64,000 nt of DNA, from assembly GCA_000002445.1 (NCBI GenBank), contig AL929603.2:224001-288000 (forward strand), written 5' to 3'. A program made the position numbers and the translations under genes. This document shows positions 32,902 through 43,300 of this stretch, piece after piece (within the stretch, counting starts at the first letter, position 1; the number at the start of each line of letters is the position of its first letter). Below the pieces are notes generated by a model. The model saw only the letters and a list, made by a program, of their open reading frames with translations. It was not told the DNA's origin and searched no databases. Source of the DNA: Trypanosoma brucei. Taxonomy: Eukaryota.

Positions 32902-35790
32902 TTAATTCCCTTTAAGCACCCGTCTCACATCGAACTCGTCAACGGCGCATCGCACTTCATGCAGCCACTGCGGGACACCCTCTGGGAGGGAAAACACAAG
33001 TTGCGCTACTCTCCCAAGCTTCGAAAGCTCTGCAAGCAACCATTCGTGATTGTCCTCCCTCTTATCTCCCTCATCTAGATCATACGTCACATCTGCCACG
33101 AGGCTCTGTATAAGCCGCCTATACTCAACAGTTGCTTCATAAAACAATTCGAGCAAACTCTCATTAGTGCATCGACCTCCCTTCAAAAGCGTGTTGCCGC
33201 CACGCACCACAGCCTGCAAACGGTACGGTGCATCACTCGTACTGATGCATGTTGCTGGTATTCGGATAACGTACTTCAGAACGCGCAGTAGGCGCGGAGC
33301 ATGACCACTCTGTGCGAGTGTGTCGAGTACGTATGGCGAAAAGTAATCCCCCTCATCGAGCCAGCTCATGCTATTATCTTTAATTACACGTATAAAATAC
33401 ATTTCCAACGAGTCAGCTAAGATTTCCGCTGCCGCTTCAGGGCCCAGTGGTTTACTTAACCTCCACGCGACGCGGAAGTGTGAAGGATTGGCTGCACACC
33501 ATTGTCCCAAAGTTTCAGTGTACTGCGCAACCACCTGTCGGTCTTGGGGTGTTGTTACGGACCCCTGGGAAATATAATTATGCAACCACGATACTATTCT
33601 GTCTGCTGACATGTAAGCGTAAGCCACATCAGGCTCTACACGTTGCAGTACACCCATGGCACGCCACACATCGCCAACGGAACCAACCGAATGAGAAATT
33701 AAGATTAACTGTGTGCAATCATCAAAAGGTAAAAGAGCAGGTAGGAGTCCAGGAGATAAAAAGGAACCGAGGTGAGACGCGAGACTCCAACGAGCCGTCT
33801 TGTCCTCACCACAGTCAAGATGAAGGCCCAGCCAAAGCGACTCCATTAGGGTTGGTTCTGCACTAGTTTGTAGGTTACGGAGACCTTCACTAATAGAGGC
33901 AACACACTTAACGTCGATTTTGCACGTAACTGCCCACCGCAGCAGCTCTACAAGTGAACAAATAACGGAGGCCGTTTCACCAGCGCTCCACTTGTCCTTG
34001 TGTCGACGAACAACAACAGGAACGAGGAGTGAACTTCGCAGTAGCCGTTGTTGCTTCGACGCTGAGTCGCTTCCAGAGAACACAAGTGACTGATAAGTTA
34101 GGCTAACATCCCACGCGCTTGTCGCAAGAAACCCCTCTGACGCGAGAAGAGTCAGCTCAGCGCACTGCGGGACACAATGCGACGACGGTTGCCTCCATAA
34201 TAAACTGCACAAACGCTCATATGTGGCAAAGAGAGCTATGGGGAGCTCATCGTACTGCACAAAAAATTCATCAACATCGCTCGACAATAAATTATCAACA
34301 ATATCGCACACATCGCGGTCATCGACATGCTTCATCCACCTCAGCAGGGAGGCGTGACACCTTTCAAAAAAATCACGCAGTACACGAAGCGCATGTTCCT
34401 TTCGCTCATTCTTGTACCGGATGTCTTCCACAATCATGTCATAATCACTAGGGTCATCTGTGGGGTCCATTTCCGGTATGGGGAGAGGCGCGAGGACTTG
34501 TGAAATCACCTGAAGTCCTTCACATACTACGAGCACAATCTCCTCCGTTTCAGTTGCCACTGCAGACACCCGATTCGCCAGCAGTGTCACTTGCTGTTCG
34601 AGTATGCCCTCCAGTACATGCGCGCCGTGCGCTAGCTGCCTATATAACGCGTGGTCGGGATCGAAATTCAACACTACTGTTTCAACGGACGACTCCATCG
34701 CAGCGGCGATAACGCGACATGTGTACAGTACAGGAACAGTTACGCCCTCAGTTCCACTTACCGCAAGCAGTGCAGACATCAACACTGGAAAAGTTGAATC
34801 GTCAACGTGAGACACCGCACGTATGACCGTGCACGCAGCACTAATTATCTCCTCCCCGCTTATCCCATGTCGCAGGTGATGAATGACAGCTTCCCAAAAG
34901 GACGAGGTGGGGAGATGCTTCCAAAACAGTGGTGACGTATCCTGTGGATCCTGTAAGGTACATTCCGAGAGGAAAGTTACAGCTTGGGACACAGTTACGC
35001 ACAGGCACTTCAGCTCCTCCGTACTGGAGGGCGCACACATGAGGAGGAGATGGATGTTCCTCTGAAGACGCAACCGCTGCTTTGAGCGCTGCACCGGACC
35101 CATTGGAATACGACGATCGCTTATCACCATCATACAACCGGAGAAAATTTTTATGAAGCAACGGAAGCCCTCTTCATCTGCCGGCACAGTACCACCGAAC
35201 TGCGATAGCAGGGCCTCAACAACGTCCATACCAGACACCTGAAGCACGAGCAGCGACGACACGCAAAGATATAGCTGTGATTTCACGCTCTCTGGGAGTC
35301 CAATTGAGGCATCCAGGTAGCTTTTGTAAAAAGGCAATAGATCGTTGGAAATCGAGGATCTGCCACCATTAACGGGTAGAGCAAGAGCGGCTGCCACATC
35401 CTGCATACAGAAGATACGATTAAGTATTGCCACAAGCAGCAATGTGGAAAGGGGTATTCCGTTGGTATTAAACCGCGCGCATGCGTCTGCCAACATGGAA
35501 AGTGGCGGGCTGGTGGTGGTGATTACCGACGAGCGAGCGGCTTCACGCAGTACATTACGCAGAAACACACCGGCTTCGGAGCTTCCACAGGCCACAAATG
35601 CATCAATGGCCGTCCAAATTCCTCCAACTCCTGCGGCCCCGTCCACCGGTTCCATTTGTCTTATCTCTATTCGAGCAATTGCATACACACACTGTAGAAA
35701 ATCAAAATTAACACCTGTGCGGTAAGACAGAATGATGGCAATAAACATGAGCACATAACACAACAAACAGAAAGACAACGGCACATCCAC
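32902..35790 (-). CDS. hypothetical large helical-repeat (ARM/HEAT-like) protein, 962 aa
   Basis: Long uninterrupted minus-strand ORF, Leu/Ala-rich and helical, with no catalytic motifs. Confidence 0.6.
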   Translation of the reverse strand: MDVPLSFCLLCYVLMFIAIILSYRTGVNFDFLQCVYAIARIEIRQMEPVDGAAGVGGIWTAIDAFVACGSSEAGVFLRNVLREAARSSVITTTSPPLSMLADACARFNTNGIPLSTLLLVAILNRIFCMQDVAAALALPVNGGRSSISNDLLPFYKSYLDASIGLPESVKSQLYLCVSSLLVLQVSGMDVVEALLSQFGGTVPADEEGFRCFIKIFSGCMMVISDRRIPMGPVQRSKQRLRLQRNIHLLLMCAPSSTEELKCLCVTVSQAVTFLSECTLQDPQDTSPLFWKHLPTSSFWEAVIHHLRHGISGEEIISAACTVIRAVSHVDDSTFPVLMSALLAVSGTEGVTVPVLYTCRVIAAAMESSVETVVLNFDPDHALYRQLAHGAHVLEGILEQQVTLLANRVSAVATETEEIVLVVCEGLQVISQVLAPLPIPEMDPTDDPSDYDMIVEDIRYKNERKEHALRVLRDFFERCHASLLRWMKHVDDRDVCDIVDNLLSSDVDEFFVQYDELPIALFATYERLCSLLWRQPSSHCVPQCAELTLLASEGFLATSAWDVSLTYQSLVFSGSDSASKQQRLLRSSLLVPVVVRRHKDKWSAGETASVICSLVELLRWAVTCKIDVKCVASISEGLRNLQTSAEPTLMESLWLGLHLDCGEDKTARWSLASHLGSFLSPGLLPALLPFDDCTQLILISHSVGSVGDVWRAMGVLQRVEPDVAYAYMSADRIVSWLHNYISQGSVTTPQDRQVVAQYTETLGQWCAANPSHFRVAWRLSKPLGPEAAAEILADSLEMYFIRVIKDNSMSWLDEGDYFSPYVLDTLAQSGHAPRLLRVLKYVIRIPATCISTSDAPYRLQAVVRGGNTLLKGGRCTNESLLELFYEATVEYRRLIQSLVADVTYDLDEGDKREDNHEWLLAELSKLGRVAQLVFSLPEGVPQWLHEVRCAVDEFDVRRVLKGN

Positions 35791-36023
35791 AACGAAAAAA
35801 ATAGAAAATAAAACAATGTAATCACCACAATTGTAATGCCAGCAAGCGGCTGAAGCGGTTTTACAGACTAATGTAGATGCAGTAATAACGGTACCGGGTA
35901 ATTAGAGGGGGGAAGTAATAAATAAAAAACAAAACCCGAGCGTAGCAGTAGAGAAAACTATACACAACCACACGACCCTCCAAACAATAACGCACCGCCC
36001 TGTCACCCACCCACCCCCTCCCC

Positions 36024-36767
36024 TTAAGCGTCAATTTCACTTTTGATTTTGGCCTTCTCCTTGCTGTATACACTTTCCAGTACAGAAACTCCCACCATTT
36101 CGTTTATGGCGGCTAGTTCCTTCCGCCTTGCAGCAACTTCATCCGAATAGCCACGGTCAGGCGAGTAGTTCAACTGCAAATCTTGTGGGTAAAACCTCTT
36201 AAAAACAACACCATGAGCTGTCAGGTATCCGAGCACTACAAAACATATGGCGCTGTAATATTCGCGTGTTTCTGCACCTCCTCGACCCTCTCGATCCCGT
36301 CGCTCGGCCTCAGCTTCAGCTTCAGCAGCCTGTTCATAGTTTCCACGTTCAGTCAATCTACGTTTGCGATAAGCGAGTTCATTCCGGCGAGCCCGGTGAG
36401 TCAGTGGGTGGTCCGATAGTGTGTTGCTGTGCATCGTACTTTCGTACAAACTAGCGGGGGAGCGGCGAATGGTGAAGATGTTATCCGCCTTTTGCTTCTT
36501 CTCCTCTATTGGGTCAGATTTGTTGGAACTCCCTACGCTGGCCGCTGCCGCTGCGGCCCTGCACAAATGCACACACATCCGGCGCATTGTCAAAAAAATA
36601 AAAATAAAGGGCTGCGCAGCACTAACGACACTTGGGGTTAAGGAAGGAAGAACAGCAAAGACAAATTTTAAAAGGCGCCGCAGATATGACCACCAATACC
36701 CTTGTGCGCAACTCAAGGAGAGGACACTTACATGATGTATCATGATAATAATAACGACGTTAACCAC
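36024..36767 (-). CDS. hypothetical small protein with one predicted transmembrane helix (up to 247 aa)
   Basis: Minus-strand ORF with a hydrophobic segment YYSAICFVVLGYLTAHGVVF. The upstream part is basic and Arg-rich. The start may be the internal Met MRRMCVHL. Confidence 0.45.
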   Translation of the reverse strand: MVNVVIIIMIHHVSVLSLSCAQGYWWSYLRRLLKFVFAVLPSLTPSVVSAAQPFIFIFLTMRRMCVHLCRAAAAAASVGSSNKSDPIEEKKQKADNIFTIRRSPASLYESTMHSNTLSDHPLTHRARRNELAYRKRRLTERGNYEQAAEAEAEAERRDREGRGGAETREYYSAICFVVLGYLTAHGVVFKRFYPQDLQLNYSPDRGYSDEVAARRKELAAINEMVGVSVLESVYSKEKAKIKSEIDA

Positions 36768-37260
36768 GTGGAAAAGATGAGATGTAATGCTGCTCCCAGT
36801 TTGTCCCTAAACAATTCGTGGAACGAGAACCAAAATAAGAAATGGGCAATTCAACGCGAGATCCCCGTTGCCGCAATAATGCCTTAAATAATTGCAGCAA
36901 GAGAACATGACGTATCACTTTCTCCTGGATTGGGTGATTTCTTCTTGCCCTACACTCTGCAGCTTCCCACACACATAAAAGAGAAATCATAAAGGAAGAG
37001 ACACCCCCCCCCATCTCCTCTTCCATCGTGCCCATTAGAAACCTCCTCTTTTCCTTACCTCATGTGTTTCTTTTGCTTTCCGCCACAGGAGTTTGTACGT
37101 GCCGTGAGTTTTGCTAGTCCTCCTTTTTTACTTCTTTTCCTGTTCTTTTCCATCACGAGTGACTATACGTATAAGTAAAAGTACGGGAATACTAAACGCC
37201 GCACAATGCACCACACAAATGCACACACATAATCCCCTCTCTCCCCCGCGCCCTCCTGTA

Positions 37261-38067
37261 TCACTGCTTAGGCGCGAAAATGCCCTGAAGTAACGAGACG
37301 GCAAATGGCACTACGAAGTATATCCAGTACCTCTCCACGAAGGAACGTTTGTCCTCCTCATCCTCAGCATCGTCCTGCTCCTGTTCCTGCGAGAGTGGAT
37401 TTTGCGCATCGCTTGAGCGTTTCTTGCTCTTTTTTGTTCCTTTCTTTTGAGAGGAACCCTCCTTGGAAAGGTGATTTGTGTACTCGGCAAGTTCGGTGTA
37501 ATTCGGAGTGGTAAGCGGTGCGCTCGCAACCAGTAAACCCAACTTGAGGCGCATCTTCACCTGCGGGAAGAGCAAAAGCACAGTGAGGTCGCATTCGTCA
37601 CCATCAAGCATTTTGGCATGAAATGCATTAGTCGTGCTCGTCACTTGTAACCCCACAACCGACACGTTGGTACCTACGGCCACAGCCAAAGTTTCATGTA
37701 AGAGGACCGTGCGCGGATCCAAAGCCTCGAACCCACGCACAATAGTGCATGGCGACAAGGCAACGGCAACAGCACCCGCGTCCGTATCATCACCTCCACG
37801 GGTGACACGGTAGAAGACATGTTCAGCCTTTACCAGCGCGTCCTTCTCTACCGCTGTTAGATCATTGTCTCCTTGTGGTGAACTGTGCTTCAGTTTAACC
37901 AGAGAGTCAACCGAATGACGCGATATATTGAATGTACTTACGATTCTCCAATCGTTGGTCCCATCGATCCTCCGCTGAAGAATGTAGGATTGCGTAATTC
38001 CACAACAGTACTCTGCAGAAACAAAGCACAACACAGCAAAGAACACTATCGCCTTCAGCCCCAACAT
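37261..38067 (-). CDS. hypothetical secretory-pathway membrane protein, 268 aa (N-terminal signal peptide, C-terminal hydrophobic segment)
   Basis: Signal-peptide-like MLGLKAIVFFAVLCFVSA. An acidic stretch QEQEQDDAEDEED is followed by a terminal hydrophobic segment WIYFVVPFAVSLLQGIFAPKQ. Confidence 0.55.
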   Translation of the reverse strand: MLGLKAIVFFAVLCFVSAEYCCGITQSYILQRRIDGTNDWRIVSTFNISRHSVDSLVKLKHSSPQGDNDLTAVEKDALVKAEHVFYRVTRGGDDTDAGAVAVALSPCTIVRGFEALDPRTVLLHETLAVAVGTNVSVVGLQVTSTTNAFHAKMLDGDECDLTVLLLFPQVKMRLKLGLLVASAPLTTPNYTELAEYTNHLSKEGSSQKKGTKKSKKRSSDAQNPLSQEQEQDDAEDEEDKRSFVERYWIYFVVPFAVSLLQGIFAPKQ

Positions 38068-38551
38068 GATTTCCTTAGCTCCTCTTCCTTCACACTTTAT
38101 TGTGAAAGGGAAAATGAGGTACCTGACTTACCCGACTTTCGAATCGGCTTCGCTTACAACCGCTTCCCTTTGAGCCCAAGGGAAATAACTACCCTCTTCT
38201 TTTCATATATATATATTGAAGGGCACAAGCACATACGAGTAAGAAAACGTTCAAGAAACAATTCATTAAGTGATAAAGTAAAAAAAATGACACATAAGAG
38301 CACACTTATGAAACCACATCCAAACGCTCGAGGATGTAAGGAATTTTGTTTATTTTTCTTTTAATAAAAAAGAGAATTCCTTAAGCCTTTTAGCTGCCTT
38401 GGAGCTTATCCCCATAGTGAAATAATGCGACGTGTGAAGAGCGCGCTACAGCGGATGTAATGGGAACAGGAACCGCACATGACTAGTGCTGCACGACCAC
38501 ATAATAATGATTGTCAGGTTTCCATCAAGAGTTAAGACCCACATTCAAAGC

Positions 38552-39604
38552 CTAGTTCCCATCCTCCCTCACACCAACTTTTTCTTTTCCGTCGCTCGAC
38601 CGTAACAGGAGCAGTGGGGATATGATGGTCGCATCACCATGCACACGCACCACATCACAATTTGGTGACAATAAGCCATTGGCGCGATCAGCCATAACAT
38701 TACACGAGCTTTCGCAACCATCTGCATCACTGCCTGTTGTAACATACACAACAGCATCTGCCTGCACATTTCGTAGGAGATGATGCTTCGGCAACCCGGC
38801 CCCAAGCACAATACACGTAATCCGCCCGACATTGGTGCTTTTGCATCCCAATTGCCGTAAACGCCTGACATCAGGCACCGGATCAACAACAAGTCCCTTC
38901 CGCGAATAGTTATAAAAGTAAATCATGTCCCCCATTGATCCGTCTGTAAAGGCAGGAGAAAACACGGGGATATCATTGCGATAACACCAGTAAATTAAAC
39001 TCGAACCGCAGTCGTTAGGCCGTACGCTCTCAAGGGCGGCCCCAATCTCAGCGATGATCTGGGAAGGAGTCGTCTTAGTTGTCCATCGTGAATCACGTTG
39101 CTGTTCATGAAGTCTTCTAAGGAGAGGAACAAAAAAATCCTCGAAATTTCGGTAATTGTCATTGGGCACAAGAAGGTTCCCCACACGGTTCAAACCGTTG
39201 TTTCGCAACGCGTGATCATTCAGAGCAAAGTCCCCAACCAACGTGTCTCCCAAGCACTTGATAACATCCTCCTCAACACCACCAGCTGTAGTAACCACGG
39301 CACCGATACGATTCTCGCGAGCAAGGCAGGCAAAAGTATCCCGAAGGCCACTAGATATGAGATTGGAGGTGTAAGCGAGCATTACTTTGTTGCCGTCCAT
39401 TCCGTTGTCGTTCAAAGCGCGCTGCACTATGCGCCTCGCACGCCCCAAGTTTGTGGCTTCTAACCCGATGTTTGGGTATGCATTTAATACGCACCGAATT
39501 GCTTCTTCCTGCCCAATGTTGAGAAGGTTGCTATAGTCCAAATCCCCAATAACCCGTGAAGGAAAAGGTACACCTGACATGAACCGCACGACAGCAACTG
39601 CCAA
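38552..39604 (-). CDS. deoxyhypusine synthase paralog lacking the catalytic lysine (probably a regulatory or dead subunit), 350 aa
   Basis: The DHS fold is recognisable from …NLISSGLRDT…GAVVTTAGGVEEDVIKCLG… (the NAD/spermidine-site region). The C-terminal region aligns to the human DHS …[25 protein letters not shown]… as …NGLLSPNCDVVRVHGDATIISPLL…, with no Lys at the enzyme-intermediate position. Confidence 0.8.
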   Translation of the reverse strand: MAVAVVRFMSGVPFPSRVIGDLDYSNLLNIGQEEAIRCVLNAYPNIGLEATNLGRARRIVQRALNDNGMDGNKVMLAYTSNLISSGLRDTFACLARENRIGAVVTTAGGVEEDVIKCLGDTLVGDFALNDHALRNNGLNRVGNLLVPNDNYRNFEDFFVPLLRRLHEQQRDSRWTTKTTPSQIIAEIGAALESVRPNDCGSSLIYWCYRNDIPVFSPAFTDGSMGDMIYFYNYSRKGLVVDPVPDVRRLRQLGCKSTNVGRITCIVLGAGLPKHHLLRNVQADAVVYVTTGSDADGCESSCNVMADRANGLLSPNCDVVRVHGDATIISPLLLLRSSDGKEKVGVREDGN

Positions 39605-40383
39605 GGCACCGTGCGCACTCTTTTTGTTTTTTGTACCTCAAAGAACGGATGCAGAATTGAAGTTGGATTTCTCACTTAAGATGGTCCGTAAAGGCTATAA
39701 CTGCTATCACCCTCCTGCTTCCGATCTCCTATTGCAAACGTTCCAACCGCCCTACAAACAGCTCGGCACACCACCCCCCCCCCTATGGCGTTGTAGACAC
39801 TGCTTCAACCAGGAGTCACGAAACAGCAAAAAAAAGAAAGAGCAATAATGAAATGCAGAAAAAAAAGGGGGAGGATCACGTGTCGTATGGCCCCTGGCCT
39901 GCCGCTTTGACAACATGCACGTGCTCAACTTACGTAAACAAACACAGGAAAAGCGGGCGGAGATGCAATGGACCGCATGTACAAACGTATGCAACACTGT
40001 AAATGAGCAGCTGCACCAACTTCCCTCTTAAGATTTTATAAAAACGTTTCATTTATTCTTTAAGAATCCCTATCCGCTTTATCCCTCTCTTTTAGTTAAC
40101 TGATCGCTTAAACGAAAATGCGTGCGTCTCGCCCTACTTAATGCCAGACAACTTCAACCAAGGCACCGTGCCTTTATCCATGAACTTAGGCACGATTATT
40201 CTTTCTGCCCTCACGTTTCCTTTCAATAATAAACACAAACCACTTAAAACACGTGAAAAGGTAAATATATAGTCGTGCATCCACAACATATTCTGTACTC
40301 CCTACCACTTGACCGTCGTCACCCTACCCGAGTGACCGAGTCAGTAAAAGTACCAGTCTCCGTGGCCACTATCAACCACACCG

Positions 40384-43300
40384 CTAATGCTGCACATTCA
40401 ACAATTCAAACCACTGACGAAGAGCATCTGCAATAGCACTTGGAAGAGTCTCAAGTTCCCTCACGATGAGATAGTGTGGAAATGGAAATTCTTCCATGTA
40501 GGACCGCCGCACGACACTGCCATCCCTGAATTCCACAAGCTGCATGTCGAGCACGGAGTTTGATTTCACGCGCTGCAGCCTCGAGTCACGCTCTGCTTTC
40601 AGTCGACGCATCCTCTGGGCAGGAGTCATCCCCGCGAGTTCTTTGGCTGAAATAGGAGCGAGTGGCGCGGCCCCATTGTTATCGTTTTCACCTCCTGAAG
40701 CCTTGACATCCAGAAGGACAAAGACAACCATCTGGTGATTTTCTTCTGCACGCATGAGCAGCTTTCTCAGTTCCATACGATCTTCCGTGATTTGCCCATC
40801 ACTAATGATGAACATCATCTGCTGAAGGCGCTGAGTGCTGGAGCGAATTTGTCCATTCATACGCCTCCGTGCATCATCAAGGTAGTCCAACGTCGTTTCA
40901 AGGAGCAATTTAAGGTTTGTTGATTTCTGCGCAAAAGTGATTTCGCTAAATGCACGCGGACCGCTCTCGGCTACGAAGGGTTCATGCATCTCGTGTACAA
41001 TGCGCGTCTCTTTTCCGAAACACGCAATCCCCAGTTCACCTACTTCAAGCTGCTGAAGGGCCTCGGCGATAAGAGCAACGGCGCGACAGGACATTATTCC
41101 GGCATTATTGCATTGCATGCTCAACGAGTCATCAAGGGCAACAAGGATTTGGTAACTGCGTTTATTCGGTTTCGTGCGGCGTAGCCATATTCGATCTTTC
41201 TTAAACTGTGAAGCTATATACGGAATGATGCGTTTCATATTGAGCCGCTTACCGGTTTTGTAGTCACCTTGTAACTTGTCAGCGACCGTCGGACTAAGTA
41301 TAAGACGTAACTGCTCACAGAGTTGGTGAGAAAGGGTGTGAACTGCTGCTGTTTGCTCCTGCCAAAGTTCTCTTCCACGGCACAACTTGTCGTACTCCCC
41401 GCCGCCGGTTGAATCTGCCGTCTTGTCGTCGTCGTCGAAACTGTCCTCTTCCTCTTCATTATCATTTCTGATTTTCGACGCAACTTTAACATGTCGCCTC
41501 GCCTTTTTCTTCTCTGCATCCTCCTCGTCACCCTCTTCTTCACTACTTTCCGTGTCTACGCTGACTTCTACTGCATGTTTTCGGTGCCGCGGCGGCGTGT
41601 CCTCATCATTACCTTCGTCAAGTTCTTCAGAGGTACCACTTTCGCTGAAGGGGTCGGCGACTTCCCTCTGTTCCGGAAGGTTGTTAGTAGCCTCCGTAGG
41701 AACAACTGGTTTCTCATCCGTTGCGGCCATGCCCTCCTCCTCTCCCTCTTCATCGAACTCAAATTCGTCGACAACTTCCTTCCGGTTACTCTGTTGTTCG
41801 TTTTGTTGTTGGTTATCAGCTTCCCTATGTTTCTTGACCTCAACACGCTTGTTAAGGTTAAGCTGTTGAACACTTCGCTGGTGGCGCTCGACGGCTTCCT
41901 TTATTGCTCTGTACGGATTACGTGACGTGTTGTGTCGCTCGGCGTTATCACGGTGCTGGGTTCGTTCATCCCGATTTTGCCGCTTCCAGTTTCGGCCGGC
42001 TTCGTCCTGTTGTTCTTCCTCCCCCGGTTGTTGCTCCTCCGTGGTGCCCGCCTCTTGCTGTGCGGCACGAGGACGCTTTTTACTCTCCTTCTCTCGTTCT
42101 TCAGTCGCCTCTTCACCGGCGTGTTCATCCTGCTGACCGCCATTGTAAACATTCTCATCAGCCCAGTCGTCCTCCTTGTCTTCACAAAAATCGCCAGAAT
42201 CACATGTTCCTTCGCCCTCGTTGTCGTCCTTCCCATTGTCTTCGCCCTCTATGTCCCGTGCATTGTCTGATAAAACCGAGGAAGCCTCACCGCTCCCGTT
42301 ATGAGCCTCATCGTCGCTATCTCCAGCGTTGTCGTCGTCATCACCTTCACTTCCCTCACGCTCCCCCTCATCACTGCAGGTATTGCTCTCCCCGTCACCA
42401 TCCCCTCCGTCATGGCTATCATTTTCGCCACCTTCAAGTACATCAGCTGCAAGATCATGGTCCTCACCTTGCTGCTGCTCTTCGGCCTCACGTATTGCCG
42501 CCTCGCGGTTTTCGAAGTTTGCCGTTTCCTGATCACCCTCATTGCCATCTATGCTCTCCTCTTCGTTGGCGAGTTCGTCCTCCGGAACATCATCTGCGTT
42601 ACCTCCATCATCGCTATCCAGATCATTCCCTTCGTTCGTTTCCTTTTTCATACGTTTCCGCTCCTGTACTTCTTCGCCATCGACACTTCCCATTTCTCTC
42701 TCGCTCTCATCACCGTCATCCTCGTCCTCCTCGTCATCATCGTCGCGCCGTTCCTTTGGAGCAGCGAAATCCGTTTCCACATCAGCAGCGTTGTCCTCAC
42801 CATCACTAGACCCGTCGCCCTTATCCTGTTGTTTCTCCTCCTGCTCCTCATCATTCTTGTCCTTTGCACTCATGAGTTGGTCTTCGTTCTCGATCTGGTC
42901 TGTCACATCTTTCTCACCTTGGCCGTCGTCCATACCCGTACCATCAAGTTGATTGCCATCTCCGCTTTCGCCGTCACCGTCCCCATCCTCCTCCTCCTCC
43001 TCTTCCGACTTGCAAAAACCTTTTCGAAAAAGAATACACAGCAGTCGCGAGACTACGAGAGTTAGGTGAGACTGTGCCAATAACGCCCGAGTAGCCCCCT
43101 GAAGAAGGAGACCCACATGCTCCACGCACACGTCAAGTCGCGACAATAGTTGAGTTCGAGCTGCCGAAGATATTTTACGGTCGTGGGTTTCGTCGTGAAG
43201 CAGTGTGTGAAGCGACGAATGTGCAGTCCGAGCTTCTGCAAGCAGCTTGCCAACGGTTTCAGCGTACCTTCTGTAAACCAGGTCTGTCCCCCCACCACCT

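Noticed and set aside
41904-43065. Long plus-strand ORFs of 301 and 254 aa overlapping the midasin acidic domain
   Set aside because: They are artefacts of the GA-rich repetitive coding sequence of the midasin D/E-rich linker. They lie on the opposite strand to every real gene in the cluster.
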